From the NCBI GenBank assembly GCA_022562175.1, contig JADFPU010000001.1:1-62451 (forward strand): a stretch of 62,451 nucleotides of DNA. Reading direction: 5' to 3'. Source of the stretch: Pseudomonadota bacterium (GTDB taxonomy: Bacteria; Pseudomonadota; Gammaproteobacteria; Eutrophobiales; Eutrophobiaceae). The number at the start of each line of letters is the position of its first letter. Position 1 is the first letter of the stretch. Below, piece after piece: positions 41,972-51,293 of the stretch. The notes below the pieces were generated by a model. It made no database searches. It was given only the letters and a program-made list of their open reading frames with translations, and had not been told where the DNA came from. Made by a program: the position numbers and the translations under genes.

Positions 41972-43096
41972 TTAATCTGTTTGTCTGGTATAGGTACGGT
42001 CCTTCCAGATCGAACCTCTGCCACGCCAGTGATGGGTGGCGGAACACCAGGTCATCAGCAGGTAAAGCACGCCGGCAATTGGCAGCGTCAGTCCCCAAAA
42101 AATATTCACATCGTAAAATTTCAGTGTCGGCAAGTAGCTCGCCAGCATCAGCGCCAGGCTTATTAATGCCAGGACAATCGTGACAGGTTCCTGCGAGAAA
42201 AGTGCCGCCAGCGGCAGGATAAAAGCCGCAATCAGTAACAACGTGCATAATCCTAACAGCAAGTTTGAATATTGTAGTTGTGTAAATGCCGTTCTCGCCA
42301 CCATTTGCCAAATAGTCTGTAATGTAGGGTACTGCCTCAAACTAACCGCAGAATGGGACAGCCCTATCCAGGTACGATTGCCGGCCTGTTTCACCTTCCG
42401 GGCGAGGCAACAATCATCAATCAATGCATCCCTTATAGCAGAAAATCCACCTATTCCGTCCAGTGCTTGTTTACTGATCAAAATACAACCACCCGCCGCT
42501 GCGGCAACCAGTGTTGAACCGGAATTTGAAAGTCGGAACGGATATAACAATTTAAAAAAATAGATAAATGCCGGCATCAATAATCTCTCCCAGAAGTTTT
42601 CCATCCTGAGAAAAGCCATCAGCGAAACAAGTTGCCGCTGGTCGGTTTTAATCTTTGCCAACAAGGCGGCGAGGGTGCCGGGTTTCAGTTCGATATCGGC
42701 ATCCAGTAACAATAGATAATCAGTGTCAGCATGATGGCGAGCTTGTTCCAGTGCCCACAGTTTGCCACTCCAGCCAGACGCCAGGGGCAGGCCTTTTATA
42801 ATGCTGAGATTGTCTAAATCCAGTTTGCTGGCCACGGCGACCGTGTTATCGCTCGACTGATCATCTATCAGGATTATCTTGTGGCCTTGCCCCTGTTGAG
42901 TCAGTGCAACCAGTGTTTGCGCAATGACATCCTGCTCATTTCTGGCCGGTATTAATACCGTGACTTGTGACAAGTCCGGACTGCAAGAGCTATCTGCTTC
43001 CAGTGCCTCTTGTGTGCTCCAGGGACGCCATGGCAGCAGCAGTATACTGGCCCAGATGACGAGACCTGGCAGTGCAAGCCACAGTAATTCCATCAA
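41972..43096 (-). CDS. family 2 glycosyltransferase, hopanoid-associated (HpnB/HpnI-like)
   Basis: 374 aa with an N-terminal TM segment, a GT2 core (VLIPARNE, IDDQSSD, LLLDADIEL) and C-terminal TM helices. Its start overlaps the hpnH stop by 4 nt. Confidence 0.7.
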   Translation of the reverse strand: MMELLWLALPGLVIWASILLLPWRPWSTQEALEADSSCSPDLSQVTVLIPARNEQDVIAQTLVALTQQGQGHKIILIDDQSSDNTVAVASKLDLDNLSIIKGLPLASGWSGKLWALEQARHHADTDYLLLLDADIELKPGTLAALLAKIKTDQRQLVSLMAFLRMENFWERLLMPAFIYFFKLLYPFRLSNSGSTLVAAAAGGCILISKQALDGIGGFSAIRDALIDDCCLARKVKQAGNRTWIGLSHSAVSLRQYPTLQTIWQMVARTAFTQLQYSNLLLGLCTLLLIAAFILPLAALFSQEPVTIVLALISLALMLASYLPTLKFYDVNIFWGLTLPIAGVLYLLMTWCSATHHWRGRGSIWKDRTYTRQTD

Positions 43097-44229
43097 GCAA
43101 CTTGTTTATTGCTAGTATCGCGAGGCACCGGCACTGGCTTGATTTCCGCGATCAGTTTCAGTTCTGGAAAGGCTTCCTCTTCATACAGGACGGGCAGTTC
43201 GGGCGCCATGGGGCCATCAGTCCGAGGTCCAAGCACAGCCACTTTAAGCGCTTCCCAGGGCCTTTTAAAAGTATCGTTGACTGCCGTGGGTTCGTAACCA
43301 CAATGCACCATGCAGTTAGCACATTTAGGATTACGTCCGGTGCCGTATTTTTCCCATTCAGTTTCTGTCATCAAGCCATCAAAAGAAGAGGCATAACCCT
43401 CTCCAACCAGCAGATAGCAGGGCTTCTGCCAGCCGAAGACATTTCGTGTCGGGTTGCCCCAGGGTGTGCACTGGTAAGACTGGTTGCCTGCCAGGAAGTC
43501 AAGGTACAGGGCTGATTGGTTAAACCGCCATTTTTTACCCCGGCCTATCTTGAACAGATCACGGAACAGTTGTTTACCTTCTTTTCGTTGCAGGAACACA
43601 TCTTGCCTCGGAGCACGCTCGTAGTTGTATCCTGGCGAGATGGTCACGCCTTCGACACCCAGTTGCATGGCCATATCCATAAAATCCGCAACCTCTTGTG
43701 CAGATTCACCCTGAAATAAAGTACAGTTGATGGTGACACGGAAGCCTTTACTGTGGACCAGTTTTATTACTTTGATGCACTTTTCGAACACGCCTTGCCG
43801 GCAGACTGAAGTGTCATGTCGTTGCTGGTTGCCATCGAGATGGATCGAAAATGTCAGATAGGGGGAGGGCGTATACTCATCCATGTGCTGTTTCAGCAAC
43901 AAGGCATTGGTACATAAGTAGACGAATTTTTTCTTTTCGATGTAGCCGTTTACAATTTTCTGCATCTCCGTATGGATAAGCGGCTCACCACCCGCGATGG
44001 AAACAATTGGCGCCCCACATTCATCAATAGCCCTCATGCAATCTTCATAACTGAGGCGCTTATCAAGAATTTCTTGCGGGTAATCTATTTTGCCGCAGCC
44101 AGAGCAGGCGAGATTGCAGCGGAACAGCGGTTCCAGCATCAGCACCAGCGGGTAGCGGCTTTGCCGGCTAAGTTTTTTGCCTATTATGTATTTAGCGACC
44201 CGATACTGTTGTATTAATGGCACACCCAT
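43093..44229 (-). CDS. hpnH: hopanoid biosynthesis radical SAM protein HpnH (adenosylhopane synthase)
   Basis: 378 aa with the radical SAM motif CNLACSGC. The N-terminus (IQQYRVAKYIIGKKL) and the C-terminal Cys-rich region (KCANCMVHCGYE) are typical of HpnH. Confidence 0.85.
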   Translation of the reverse strand: MGVPLIQQYRVAKYIIGKKLSRQSRYPLVLMLEPLFRCNLACSGCGKIDYPQEILDKRLSYEDCMRAIDECGAPIVSIAGGEPLIHTEMQKIVNGYIEKKKFVYLCTNALLLKQHMDEYTPSPYLTFSIHLDGNQQRHDTSVCRQGVFEKCIKVIKLVHSKGFRVTINCTLFQGESAQEVADFMDMAMQLGVEGVTISPGYNYERAPRQDVFLQRKEGKQLFRDLFKIGRGKKWRFNQSALYLDFLAGNQSYQCTPWGNPTRNVFGWQKPCYLLVGEGYASSFDGLMTETEWEKYGTGRNPKCANCMVHCGYEPTAVNDTFKRPWEALKVAVLGPRTDGPMAPELPVLYEEEAFPELKLIAEIKPVPVPRDTSNKQVA

Positions 44230-44478
44230 TAAGATACTCCATTATTATTAATTTGATAGTTTCCCCAAGCGTGAGGATTTTTGTAAAAAACTGCTTTAAT
44301 ATGCCTAAAAATTAGTAAGATAAAGTAACAGACGATAAAAGTACAGATTTGTTTCCTGACATTGGGTTAATATCCCTGTTGTTTTTCTGCGTCCCAAAAA
44401 GGATACACTCCTTGCAAGGATGTAAAGCCAAATTCATAATACAGTTACTGGCCTTTTTTTTTAAAAAAAAGTATATAG

Positions 44479-46371
44479 ATGACTAACAACGTTAGAACAC
44501 CACTGCTCGATACGATCAATTCGCCAGCTGATCTGCGCAAACTTCCAGAGTCCCAATTGCAATTGCTGGCGAAGGAAATAAGGCATTTCCTGCTGCATTC
44601 CGTCAGCAAGAGTGGTGGTCATTTTGCTGCAGGTCTAGGTACCGTCGAACTTACTATCGCTTTACACTACCTGCTAAATACGCCGGATGACCGTATAGTC
44701 TGGGATGTTGGCCATCAGGCTTATCCGCATAAGATCCTGACCGGCAGACGGGATCGCATGCACAGTATCCGCCAATGGCAGGGCTTGGCGCCTTTCCCGA
44801 AGCGTGAAGAAAGTGAATACGATGCCTTTGGCGTGGGTCATTCGAGCACATCAATCAGCGCTGCCCTGGGCATGGCCATCGCAGCAAAACATTCAGGCAG
44901 CCGGCGCAAATTAGTCGCCGTTATTGGCGATGGTGGCTTGACGGCGGGCATGGCCTTCGAGGCCCTTAATCATGCCGGCGCCCTGCGCAGCAACCTGCTG
45001 GTTATTCTGAACGATAATGATATGTCGATATCGCCGAATGTAGGGGCATTGTCCAAGCGTTTTGCCCAGATGCTGTCCGGTAAACTCTACACCGCAGCGC
45101 GTGAGAAGGGTAAAAAGGTATTGTCCAATATGCCGCCGGCCTGGGAGATAGCGAAACGTGCGGAAGAACACATTAAAGGTTTGATTGTCCCCGGGACATT
45201 GTTTGAAGAGTTTGGTTTCAATTACATAGGCCCGATTGATGGACATGATCTGCCGACACTATTGGAAACCTTGCACAATATTATCCAGCTGGACGGGCCT
45301 CAGTTTCTACATATCATCACCAAAAAGGGCAAGGGCTATGAACCGGCCGAAGCTGATCCGGTTAAATATCATGGTGTCACGCCGTTTGATCCAATTCAGG
45401 GCATAATCGCTTCCAAGAAGGTCTCACGGCCTACATACAGCAAGGTGTTCAGTGATTGGGTCTGCGACATGGCGGCCCAGGATGAACGTCTGGTTGCCAT
45501 CACGCCTGCCATGCGTGAGGGTTCAGGTTTAGTCCGTTTTGAACAGGAATTCCCGGATCGCTATTTTGATGTAGCGATAGCTGAACAACACAGTGTCACG
45601 GTTGCGGCCGGCATGGCCTGTGATGGTCTGAAACCTGTGGTGGCGATTTATTCAACTTTTTTGCAGCGGGCTTATGATCAGCTGGTGCACGATATCATCA
45701 TCCAAAAGCTGCCGGTACTATTTGCCATTGATCGGGCCGGATTGGTCGGGGCAGATGGTCCTACCCATAACGGTAGCTTCGACCTGACTTTGCTGCGTTG
45801 CCTGCCGAACATGGTTATCATGGCGCCCGCTGATGAAAACGAATGCCGACAAATGCTGTACACCGGTTTTATGCTGGATCAACCTGCCGCAGTACGATAT
45901 CCGCGTGGAACAGGGCCCGGTGTAGAGATTGAACAAGTGATGAGCGCACTTCCAATAGGTAAGGCAGAGATGCGTAGACAGGGCAAGGGGATTGCTATCC
46001 TCGCCTTTGGCTCCATGCTGGCCGTTGCACTGGAAGTCGGCGAACAACTGGATGCGACAGTCATCAATATGCGTTTTATCAAACCAATCGATACAGAGAT
46101 GATCATACAGTTGACACAGGAGTATGATTTACTGGTGACGGTCGAAGAGAATACCGTACAGGGGGGCGCGGGCAGCGCAGTGACTGAAACCCTGACGGCG
46201 CATGGCATTACCCAGGCTGTGCTGCAATATGGTTTGCCGGATGAATTTATTCCTCACGGCGGCAGAGAGGATATGTTGAAGGGTGCGGGCATGACAACGG
46301 AGGGACTGTTAGAATTTATTCTGGGGCATCTGCAGGCACAGGACGCAGGCAAAGCTGCGAAGACAGCTTGA
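44479..46371 (+). CDS. dxs: 1-deoxy-D-xylulose-5-phosphate synthase
   Basis: 630 aa with [12 protein letters not shown] and the TPP motif [15 protein letters not shown]. No recognisable Shine-Dalgarno; the start is preceded by T9A8. Confidence 0.96.
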   Translation: MTNNVRTPLLDTINSPADLRKLPESQLQLLAKEIRHFLLHSVSKSGGHFAAGLGTVELTIALHYLLNTPDDRIVWDVGHQAYPHKILTGRRDRMHSIRQWQGLAPFPKREESEYDAFGVGHSSTSISAALGMAIAAKHSGSRRKLVAVIGDGGLTAGMAFEALNHAGALRSNLLVILNDNDMSISPNVGALSKRFAQMLSGKLYTAAREKGKKVLSNMPPAWEIAKRAEEHIKGLIVPGTLFEEFGFNYIGPIDGHDLPTLLETLHNIIQLDGPQFLHIITKKGKGYEPAEADPVKYHGVTPFDPIQGIIASKKVSRPTYSKVFSDWVCDMAAQDERLVAITPAMREGSGLVRFEQEFPDRYFDVAIAEQHSVTVAAGMACDGLKPVVAIYSTFLQRAYDQLVHDIIIQKLPVLFAIDRAGLVGADGPTHNGSFDLTLLRCLPNMVIMAPADENECRQMLYTGFMLDQPAAVRYPRGTGPGVEIEQVMSALPIGKAEMRRQGKGIAILAFGSMLAVALEVGEQLDATVINMRFIKPIDTEMIIQLTQEYDLLVTVEENTVQGGAGSAVTETLTAHGITQAVLQYGLPDEFIPHGGREDMLKGAGMTTEGLLEFILGHLQAQDAGKAAKTA

Positions 46372-46427
46372 TAAAAGAGCGGATTTAAAAAGCAGCTAAT
46401 CGAAAAAAAATAGTATCGGGATACGCT

Positions 46428-47513
46428 TCACGCTCCACGCTTTACGCTCAATATCTGTTCCACCGCAACCAAAAACCTTTGCAAGTCTTGCTCTGTGACC
46501 GCGCCCATGACGGATATTCTAAACAGTGTCCTGGCGAACCCACCCTGGCCGGCATATATAACAAAACCTCTTTCTTTAAGACCATCATGCAAGGTTTGGT
46601 AGCTTATACCCTCGGGCAAATGAAAGGCGTTCAAGACGCAGGATGAGTCTGCTTCGGCAAGTAATGCTCTTATCCCCAGTGCCTGCAGCCCATTACGGAC
46701 TATGGTCATTTTCTGCCGGTATTGTTTATGTCTGGCTTGCCAGCCACCGTCGTTACTGTGTTCATTGAGTGCTTCATCCAATGCATAGAAGGCTTGCACG
46801 GATTGGGTAAAAGGGGTGCTGCCGGCGTCTTGTTGTTTCAAATAAGTCGCCAGATGTAAATATAAGGAACGTTGAACATGCGCTGCCTGCTTAATGGCAT
46901 CACGTCGGCTGATCACGAATGAGGTACCGGGTACGCCATGCAGGCATTTATTTGCTGTAGCGGCGCAGGCAATTATGTTCCAATCGTGAAAGTTGATCTG
47001 TTCTGCTGCAAAACTACTGACAGCATCAACCAGTAAAGGGATGTTTTTTTGCGTGCAGATCCCGGCGATCTGTGCAATATCATTCAAGCGGCCACTGGTT
47101 GTTTCATGCTGAACGACGGCAACATGTGTCACACCGTCGGATAGTGATTGTTCAAGTTCGGCGACATTGATCAGTTCTCCCCATGCATGGTGCAGAGACA
47201 GATGGTCGATATTGTAAATATCGGCAATTCGGCTCAAGCGTTCACCATAGACACCATTCTCAATGATTAATAACTTGGCTTGTGCAGGCATCAGGCTGGT
47301 GAGCATGGCCTCCATCGCAGACGTGCCTGAGCCGGTGAGCAAGACTGCCGCCCAGTCATCGGGGTTTAACGCATAAATATCAAGCAGCTTTTTACGAATG
47401 CCGTTTTGCAGCATGCTGAACTCAACTTCCCGGTGACACAAATCAGGTTTCAGCATGGCGTTGCGTACACGCTCTGAAAGGTTAACCGGGCCGGGGCTGA
47501 GTAAAATAGTCAT
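46428..47513 (-). CDS. 2-aminoethylphosphonate:pyruvate aminotransferase (class V)
   Basis: 361 aa with the N-terminus LLSPGPVNLSERV and a PLP-Lys context (ATANKCLHG). It is last in the pepM-ppd operon. Confidence 0.8.
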   Translation of the reverse strand: MTILLSPGPVNLSERVRNAMLKPDLCHREVEFSMLQNGIRKKLLDIYALNPDDWAAVLLTGSGTSAMEAMLTSLMPAQAKLLIIENGVYGERLSRIADIYNIDHLSLHHAWGELINVAELEQSLSDGVTHVAVVQHETTSGRLNDIAQIAGICTQKNIPLLVDAVSSFAAEQINFHDWNIIACAATANKCLHGVPGTSFVISRRDAIKQAAHVQRSLYLHLATYLKQQDAGSTPFTQSVQAFYALDEALNEHSNDGGWQARHKQYRQKMTIVRNGLQALGIRALLAEADSSCVLNAFHLPEGISYQTLHDGLKERGFVIYAGQGGFARTLFRISVMGAVTEQDLQRFLVAVEQILSVKRGA

Positions 47514-47520
47514 GCAAAGC

Positions 47521-48675
47521 TTAGAACCTTGAATTAATGTGCTGCATGAGGCGTCTCAGCACATCGGCTGGGCTTATACCAGGCCGTGCAAGATTTTCGA
47601 TGGTGCCGGCTGTTATTTTTAAATGAGCAAACCGTGGCCCGTGCGCGGCATTATGTTCAAACAGTTTGTCGATCATGACCGGATCAGCACCACTATATGC
47701 CACACTGTAGCCGCAGGCGCTGGCAATATCTGCAAAGGCGACATTGCCTGTGACTGTAGACTGTGCACCCGTGGAATCATGCGCTTCATTATCCAGCAGG
47801 ATATGAATAAAATTATTACCGGCATAACTACCGATCGTGGCAAAGTTGCCCATGCGCATCAGTGCAGCCCCGTCTCCATCGATGACAACAACTGTTAGAT
47901 CAGGACGGGCAAGCGACAGGCCTAAACCCAGAGAGGATGCGCAGCCCATGGAGCCGACCATATAAAGGTGATTATTTCGATCAGCAATGCTGAATAGTTC
48001 ACGACCTGTATAGCCGGTGGTGGCAATGGTGACAGTATCAAGTTCCTGGCAATTTGCGATAATGGTTTTTAAAGCATCATGTCTGGATATATATTTCCTG
48101 TTCGGACTATCGAATATCTTCTTCTCAACAAGTGCTGTATCAATTACAGAAATCGGATTGCGGGCCAGTTTGTGGGGTGCAACGCTGCCTTTCTTCATAA
48201 TGAATGCATAAGGCCGTTGTTCACGCTGCATATATTGTGTGGCATGTTCAAGTGCTGCCTGTATATCAGCTTGTTCGGATGGAAAATATTCCCAGGGTAC
48301 TTGCATGAGGTCAAACAGGTCGCCGCTGATCTTTCCCATCAATTCATGTTGTGGTTCATCAGTTAACTCTGCAGCGCCACGATGTGTGGCGATGATCAGT
48401 ATTGGAATACGAAAGATATAGCACAGGGATGTTATCGGGCTGACAGCATTTCCCAGGCCTGAATTCTGCATTAATACGACAGAAGCTTTACCACCTATAG
48501 CGGCGCCGGCGGCAGTTGCCAGGGCATCGCCTTCATTCGCAGACGAGACATAGTTCAGGGTTTCATCATTAATCACATAATTGATGAATGGTGTTAAAAA
48601 CGAACATGGCACGCCGGTGTAATACCTGAAGCCGTGATTGCGAGCGGCTTCAACGAAACTTCCTGCACTGATCAT
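47521..48675 (-). CDS. ppd: phosphonopyruvate decarboxylase
   Basis: 384 aa with the TPP-binding motif GDGAALMRMGNF...LLDNEAHDSTG. The N-terminus (FRYYTGVPCSFL) is typical of Ppd. Confidence 0.87.
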   Translation of the reverse strand: MISAGSFVEAARNHGFRYYTGVPCSFLTPFINYVINDETLNYVSSANEGDALATAAGAAIGGKASVVLMQNSGLGNAVSPITSLCYIFRIPILIIATHRGAAELTDEPQHELMGKISGDLFDLMQVPWEYFPSEQADIQAALEHATQYMQREQRPYAFIMKKGSVAPHKLARNPISVIDTALVEKKIFDSPNRKYISRHDALKTIIANCQELDTVTIATTGYTGRELFSIADRNNHLYMVGSMGCASSLGLGLSLARPDLTVVVIDGDGAALMRMGNFATIGSYAGNNFIHILLDNEAHDSTGAQSTVTGNVAFADIASACGYSVAYSGADPVMIDKLFEHNAAHGPRFAHLKITAGTIENLARPGISPADVLRRLMQHINSRF

Positions 48676-48698
48676 ATGAACATCAGCCCGGGGGGAAA

Positions 48699-50354
48699 TT
48701 ATGCCGAACCACGTGTAAAATCACTGGCGCGGTCAATATCATCCAGCGCATTTACATCAAGCCAATGTCCATGGATGTAATGGACATTGATTTTTTTCCC
48801 TTGACTAACCAGATAATTCAACAGATCCGGGATCGTCAGTTGATGGAAATTATCCTGTTTTTGCAGGAATTCGATGGCTGCGTCCAACCATTCTCTACCC
48901 TCGTTACGTACCCTGAGCATGCCGATCCATCTGCCCGATGGTGTCCCGTAATCAACTGCTTCGTGCTCAGAGACATGTTTTAGTTCGACTGTCTGTTTAA
49001 ACAACGCGCGGTCATCAGTCTGGCTGCAATAAGCATAGTCAGGACTGCCACTGATTGAGTTTGTTTGTTGGGAGGAGTCTACGACAACAACAAAGTCCCC
49101 ATCATAATCGAGAAGATCGCTAAGGACATAGCTCCTGAATAGCAGATCGCCATACATGATTATCATGTCACTATGGTATGCCTGCTGTGCACAGGCCAGT
49201 GAACTCAACTCACCAGTGGTCTCATAATCCTCGTTTAGACAGATATCAATGCTGCTGATGTTGATGGCCTCAGCTTTATAACCTGCTACCACCGTAATTT
49301 TATTGATACCTTGCTTCTTGAACTCATCAATAAGTCTTCGGAGCAATGGCTTACCACCTATCGAAAGCATTACCTTTGGTCTATCTTCTGTCAATTCATG
49401 CAGAGCATCTCCTCTGCTGGCGGCCAGTACTATCGCATGGGCTTCCTGCCGGTTCTTGAGATAGCGCTGCTGGGCCTGGGACAATTCGTCTGCCCCCTGC
49501 AGGGAAAATATTTTATCGACTGTGGCAATTTGGTGTTCTATACCCGCCAGGGATTCATGCAGAAAGATCTGACTGCTTACCTGTTCCATTGCTGCGACCG
49601 AAGCACGGATCATATGATTTGCCCAGATCACCAGGCTGATACCGGCTTTACGAAAGACTTCTGTCGGTGTGCTGTAGTATTTTGTGGGCACAATAACCAG
49701 CGGTGAGCGTCCCGCCCATTCATTGGCAAATGCAATGACCTCATCAGGATGTGAGAGCTTGCTATGGATCAATATTGCATCCGCCCCTGCAGCATGATAA
49801 GCCTCGGCACGTCGCAGGGCTTCAGTTAAATCCCAGCCCGCGATCAATGCCTCAATTCGGGCAATGATACAAAAATCCGCATCGGTCTGGCTGTCTTTAC
49901 CGGCCTTTATTTTTCCACAGAATTCATCAATGTCCACTAAAGGTTGTCGCTCGCCCTCTATAAAGCTGTTTGTCTTGGGGAACTGCTTATCTTCAATGCA
50001 AACGCCGGCAATACTACGTTGTCCCAGCTTTTTGACCAATCGTCGCATATTATTGAAATTTCCATAGCCAGTGTCACCGTCCAGTAATATGGGGATGTCA
50101 GTGACATCAGACATGAATTCCAGCATATCAACAACCTGGGTCCAGCTCGCTTCGTTACTGTCACGTACACCAAACTGCGCAGACAACGCCAGGCCACTGG
50201 CCCAGATACCCTTGAAACCTGACTGCTCGGCTATACGTGCGGAAATGCCATTGTGAGCTTCTAAAATAAATTCAAGCGTAGTGGATTTGAGCAAGCTGCG
50301 TAGTTGCTGACTTTTACTTGCTGACGCATCTATATTGGGTGGTTGTGGTGCCAT
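48699..50354 (-). CDS. pepM: phosphoenolpyruvate mutase fused to a C-terminal nucleotidyltransferase-like domain
   Basis: 551 aa. The PepM hallmark [10 protein letters not shown] (EDKxxxxxNS) lies at 49965-49994. From about residue 305 (48702-49442) there is an NTP-transferase fold whose usual LAAGxGxRL loop reads LAASRGDAL. Confidence 0.9.
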   Translation of the reverse strand: MAPQPPNIDASASKSQQLRSLLKSTTLEFILEAHNGISARIAEQSGFKGIWASGLALSAQFGVRDSNEASWTQVVDMLEFMSDVTDIPILLDGDTGYGNFNNMRRLVKKLGQRSIAGVCIEDKQFPKTNSFIEGERQPLVDIDEFCGKIKAGKDSQTDADFCIIARIEALIAGWDLTEALRRAEAYHAAGADAILIHSKLSHPDEVIAFANEWAGRSPLVIVPTKYYSTPTEVFRKAGISLVIWANHMIRASVAAMEQVSSQIFLHESLAGIEHQIATVDKIFSLQGADELSQAQQRYLKNRQEAHAIVLAASRGDALHELTEDRPKVMLSIGGKPLLRRLIDEFKKQGINKITVVAGYKAEAINISSIDICLNEDYETTGELSSLACAQQAYHSDMIIMYGDLLFRSYVLSDLLDYDGDFVVVVDSSQQTNSISGSPDYAYCSQTDDRALFKQTVELKHVSEHEAVDYGTPSGRWIGMLRVRNEGREWLDAAIEFLQKQDNFHQLTIPDLLNYLVSQGKKINVHYIHGHWLDVNALDDIDRASDFTRGSA

Positions 50355-50360
50355 TTTAAT

Positions 50361-51098
50361 CTATTCAATATGGTCAAGAATTTGTGTTGCATGTTCGATA
50401 TCTTCCGGAAAGTCTATCTCGATCCACGAAAGTCCACTGATATCTTCAAAGTCGAATGTGTCCGGTTCGGCAAGCAACAGATCACGTATCACTTCTTCAT
50501 AGGGCTCATCTGTACGGTTATTATCTATATAATGCTGCGCCAGTTCTGCCAGCTTGTTTGCTGTCGATGCTGAGAATCTGAAAAAACCTACTGATTCCCC
50601 CTGAAAATCGAATTGCAGATCTTTGTCGATCTGTTTGCGAAAATCAATTAACAGTCCATCACGTATGCACAATTTAACGGGTTCATCACCTGCTTCAAAG
50701 TCTCTGTCCAGCAGAAAACAATTATTCAGGTCTGTATTGATCAGTGTTTGTATTATTCGTATGTCGTACAGCACGTCGGCGTCCATCAGTACAATATCGT
50801 CACCCGATTGCAAAAACTCCCTGGCACAAAACAGACTCACTATACTACCGGCCTGGTAATCGGGATTATATACTGTTCGTATCGCGGCGCTGGATTCTGT
50901 CGCAGAAAGCTCATGCAGGATCTGTTGCTGTTGGTAGCCGGTAATGATGATTATTTCCGAAATAGCGTGTTGGTTGAGGTTATGCAGATGGCGTTGCAGC
51001 AAAGAGCGTCCGGCAAATTCAAGCAGGCATTTGGGTTTGTCATTGTTTATATCACCCAGCCTTTTGCCGGTACCTGCGGCAAGAATTATAGCTTTCAT
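50361..51098 (-). CDS. nucleotidyltransferase (LicC/PntC-like cytidylyltransferase)
   Basis: The start is taken at MKAIILAAGTGKRLG, which carries the canonical NTP-transferase loop. The ORF-track extension to 51152 has no support. Its stop lies 7 nt before the pepM start. Confidence 0.8.
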   Translation of the reverse strand: MKAIILAAGTGKRLGDINNDKPKCLLEFAGRSLLQRHLHNLNQHAISEIIIITGYQQQQILHELSATESSAAIRTVYNPDYQAGSIVSLFCAREFLQSGDDIVLMDADVLYDIRIIQTLINTDLNNCFLLDRDFEAGDEPVKLCIRDGLLIDFRKQIDKDLQFDFQGESVGFFRFSASTANKLAELAQHYIDNNRTDEPYEEVIRDLLLAEPDTFDFEDISGLSWIEIDFPEDIEHATQILDHIE

Positions 51099-51293
51099 TT
51101 GAATTTGGTTCAGTATCAGTATTTGGTTTTTGTAAAGATGGAATATTATCACGATTCCCCATGTCGGATTCTTAAGTTACACACAAGTAATGACGATAAC
51201 AGTATTATCTTGCAGGTGAAAACAAAACCGGCCTGCAGTAATGTCTATATTTACTACCATGCTTTATATGCATGAAGTACTATATTGTCGAAA

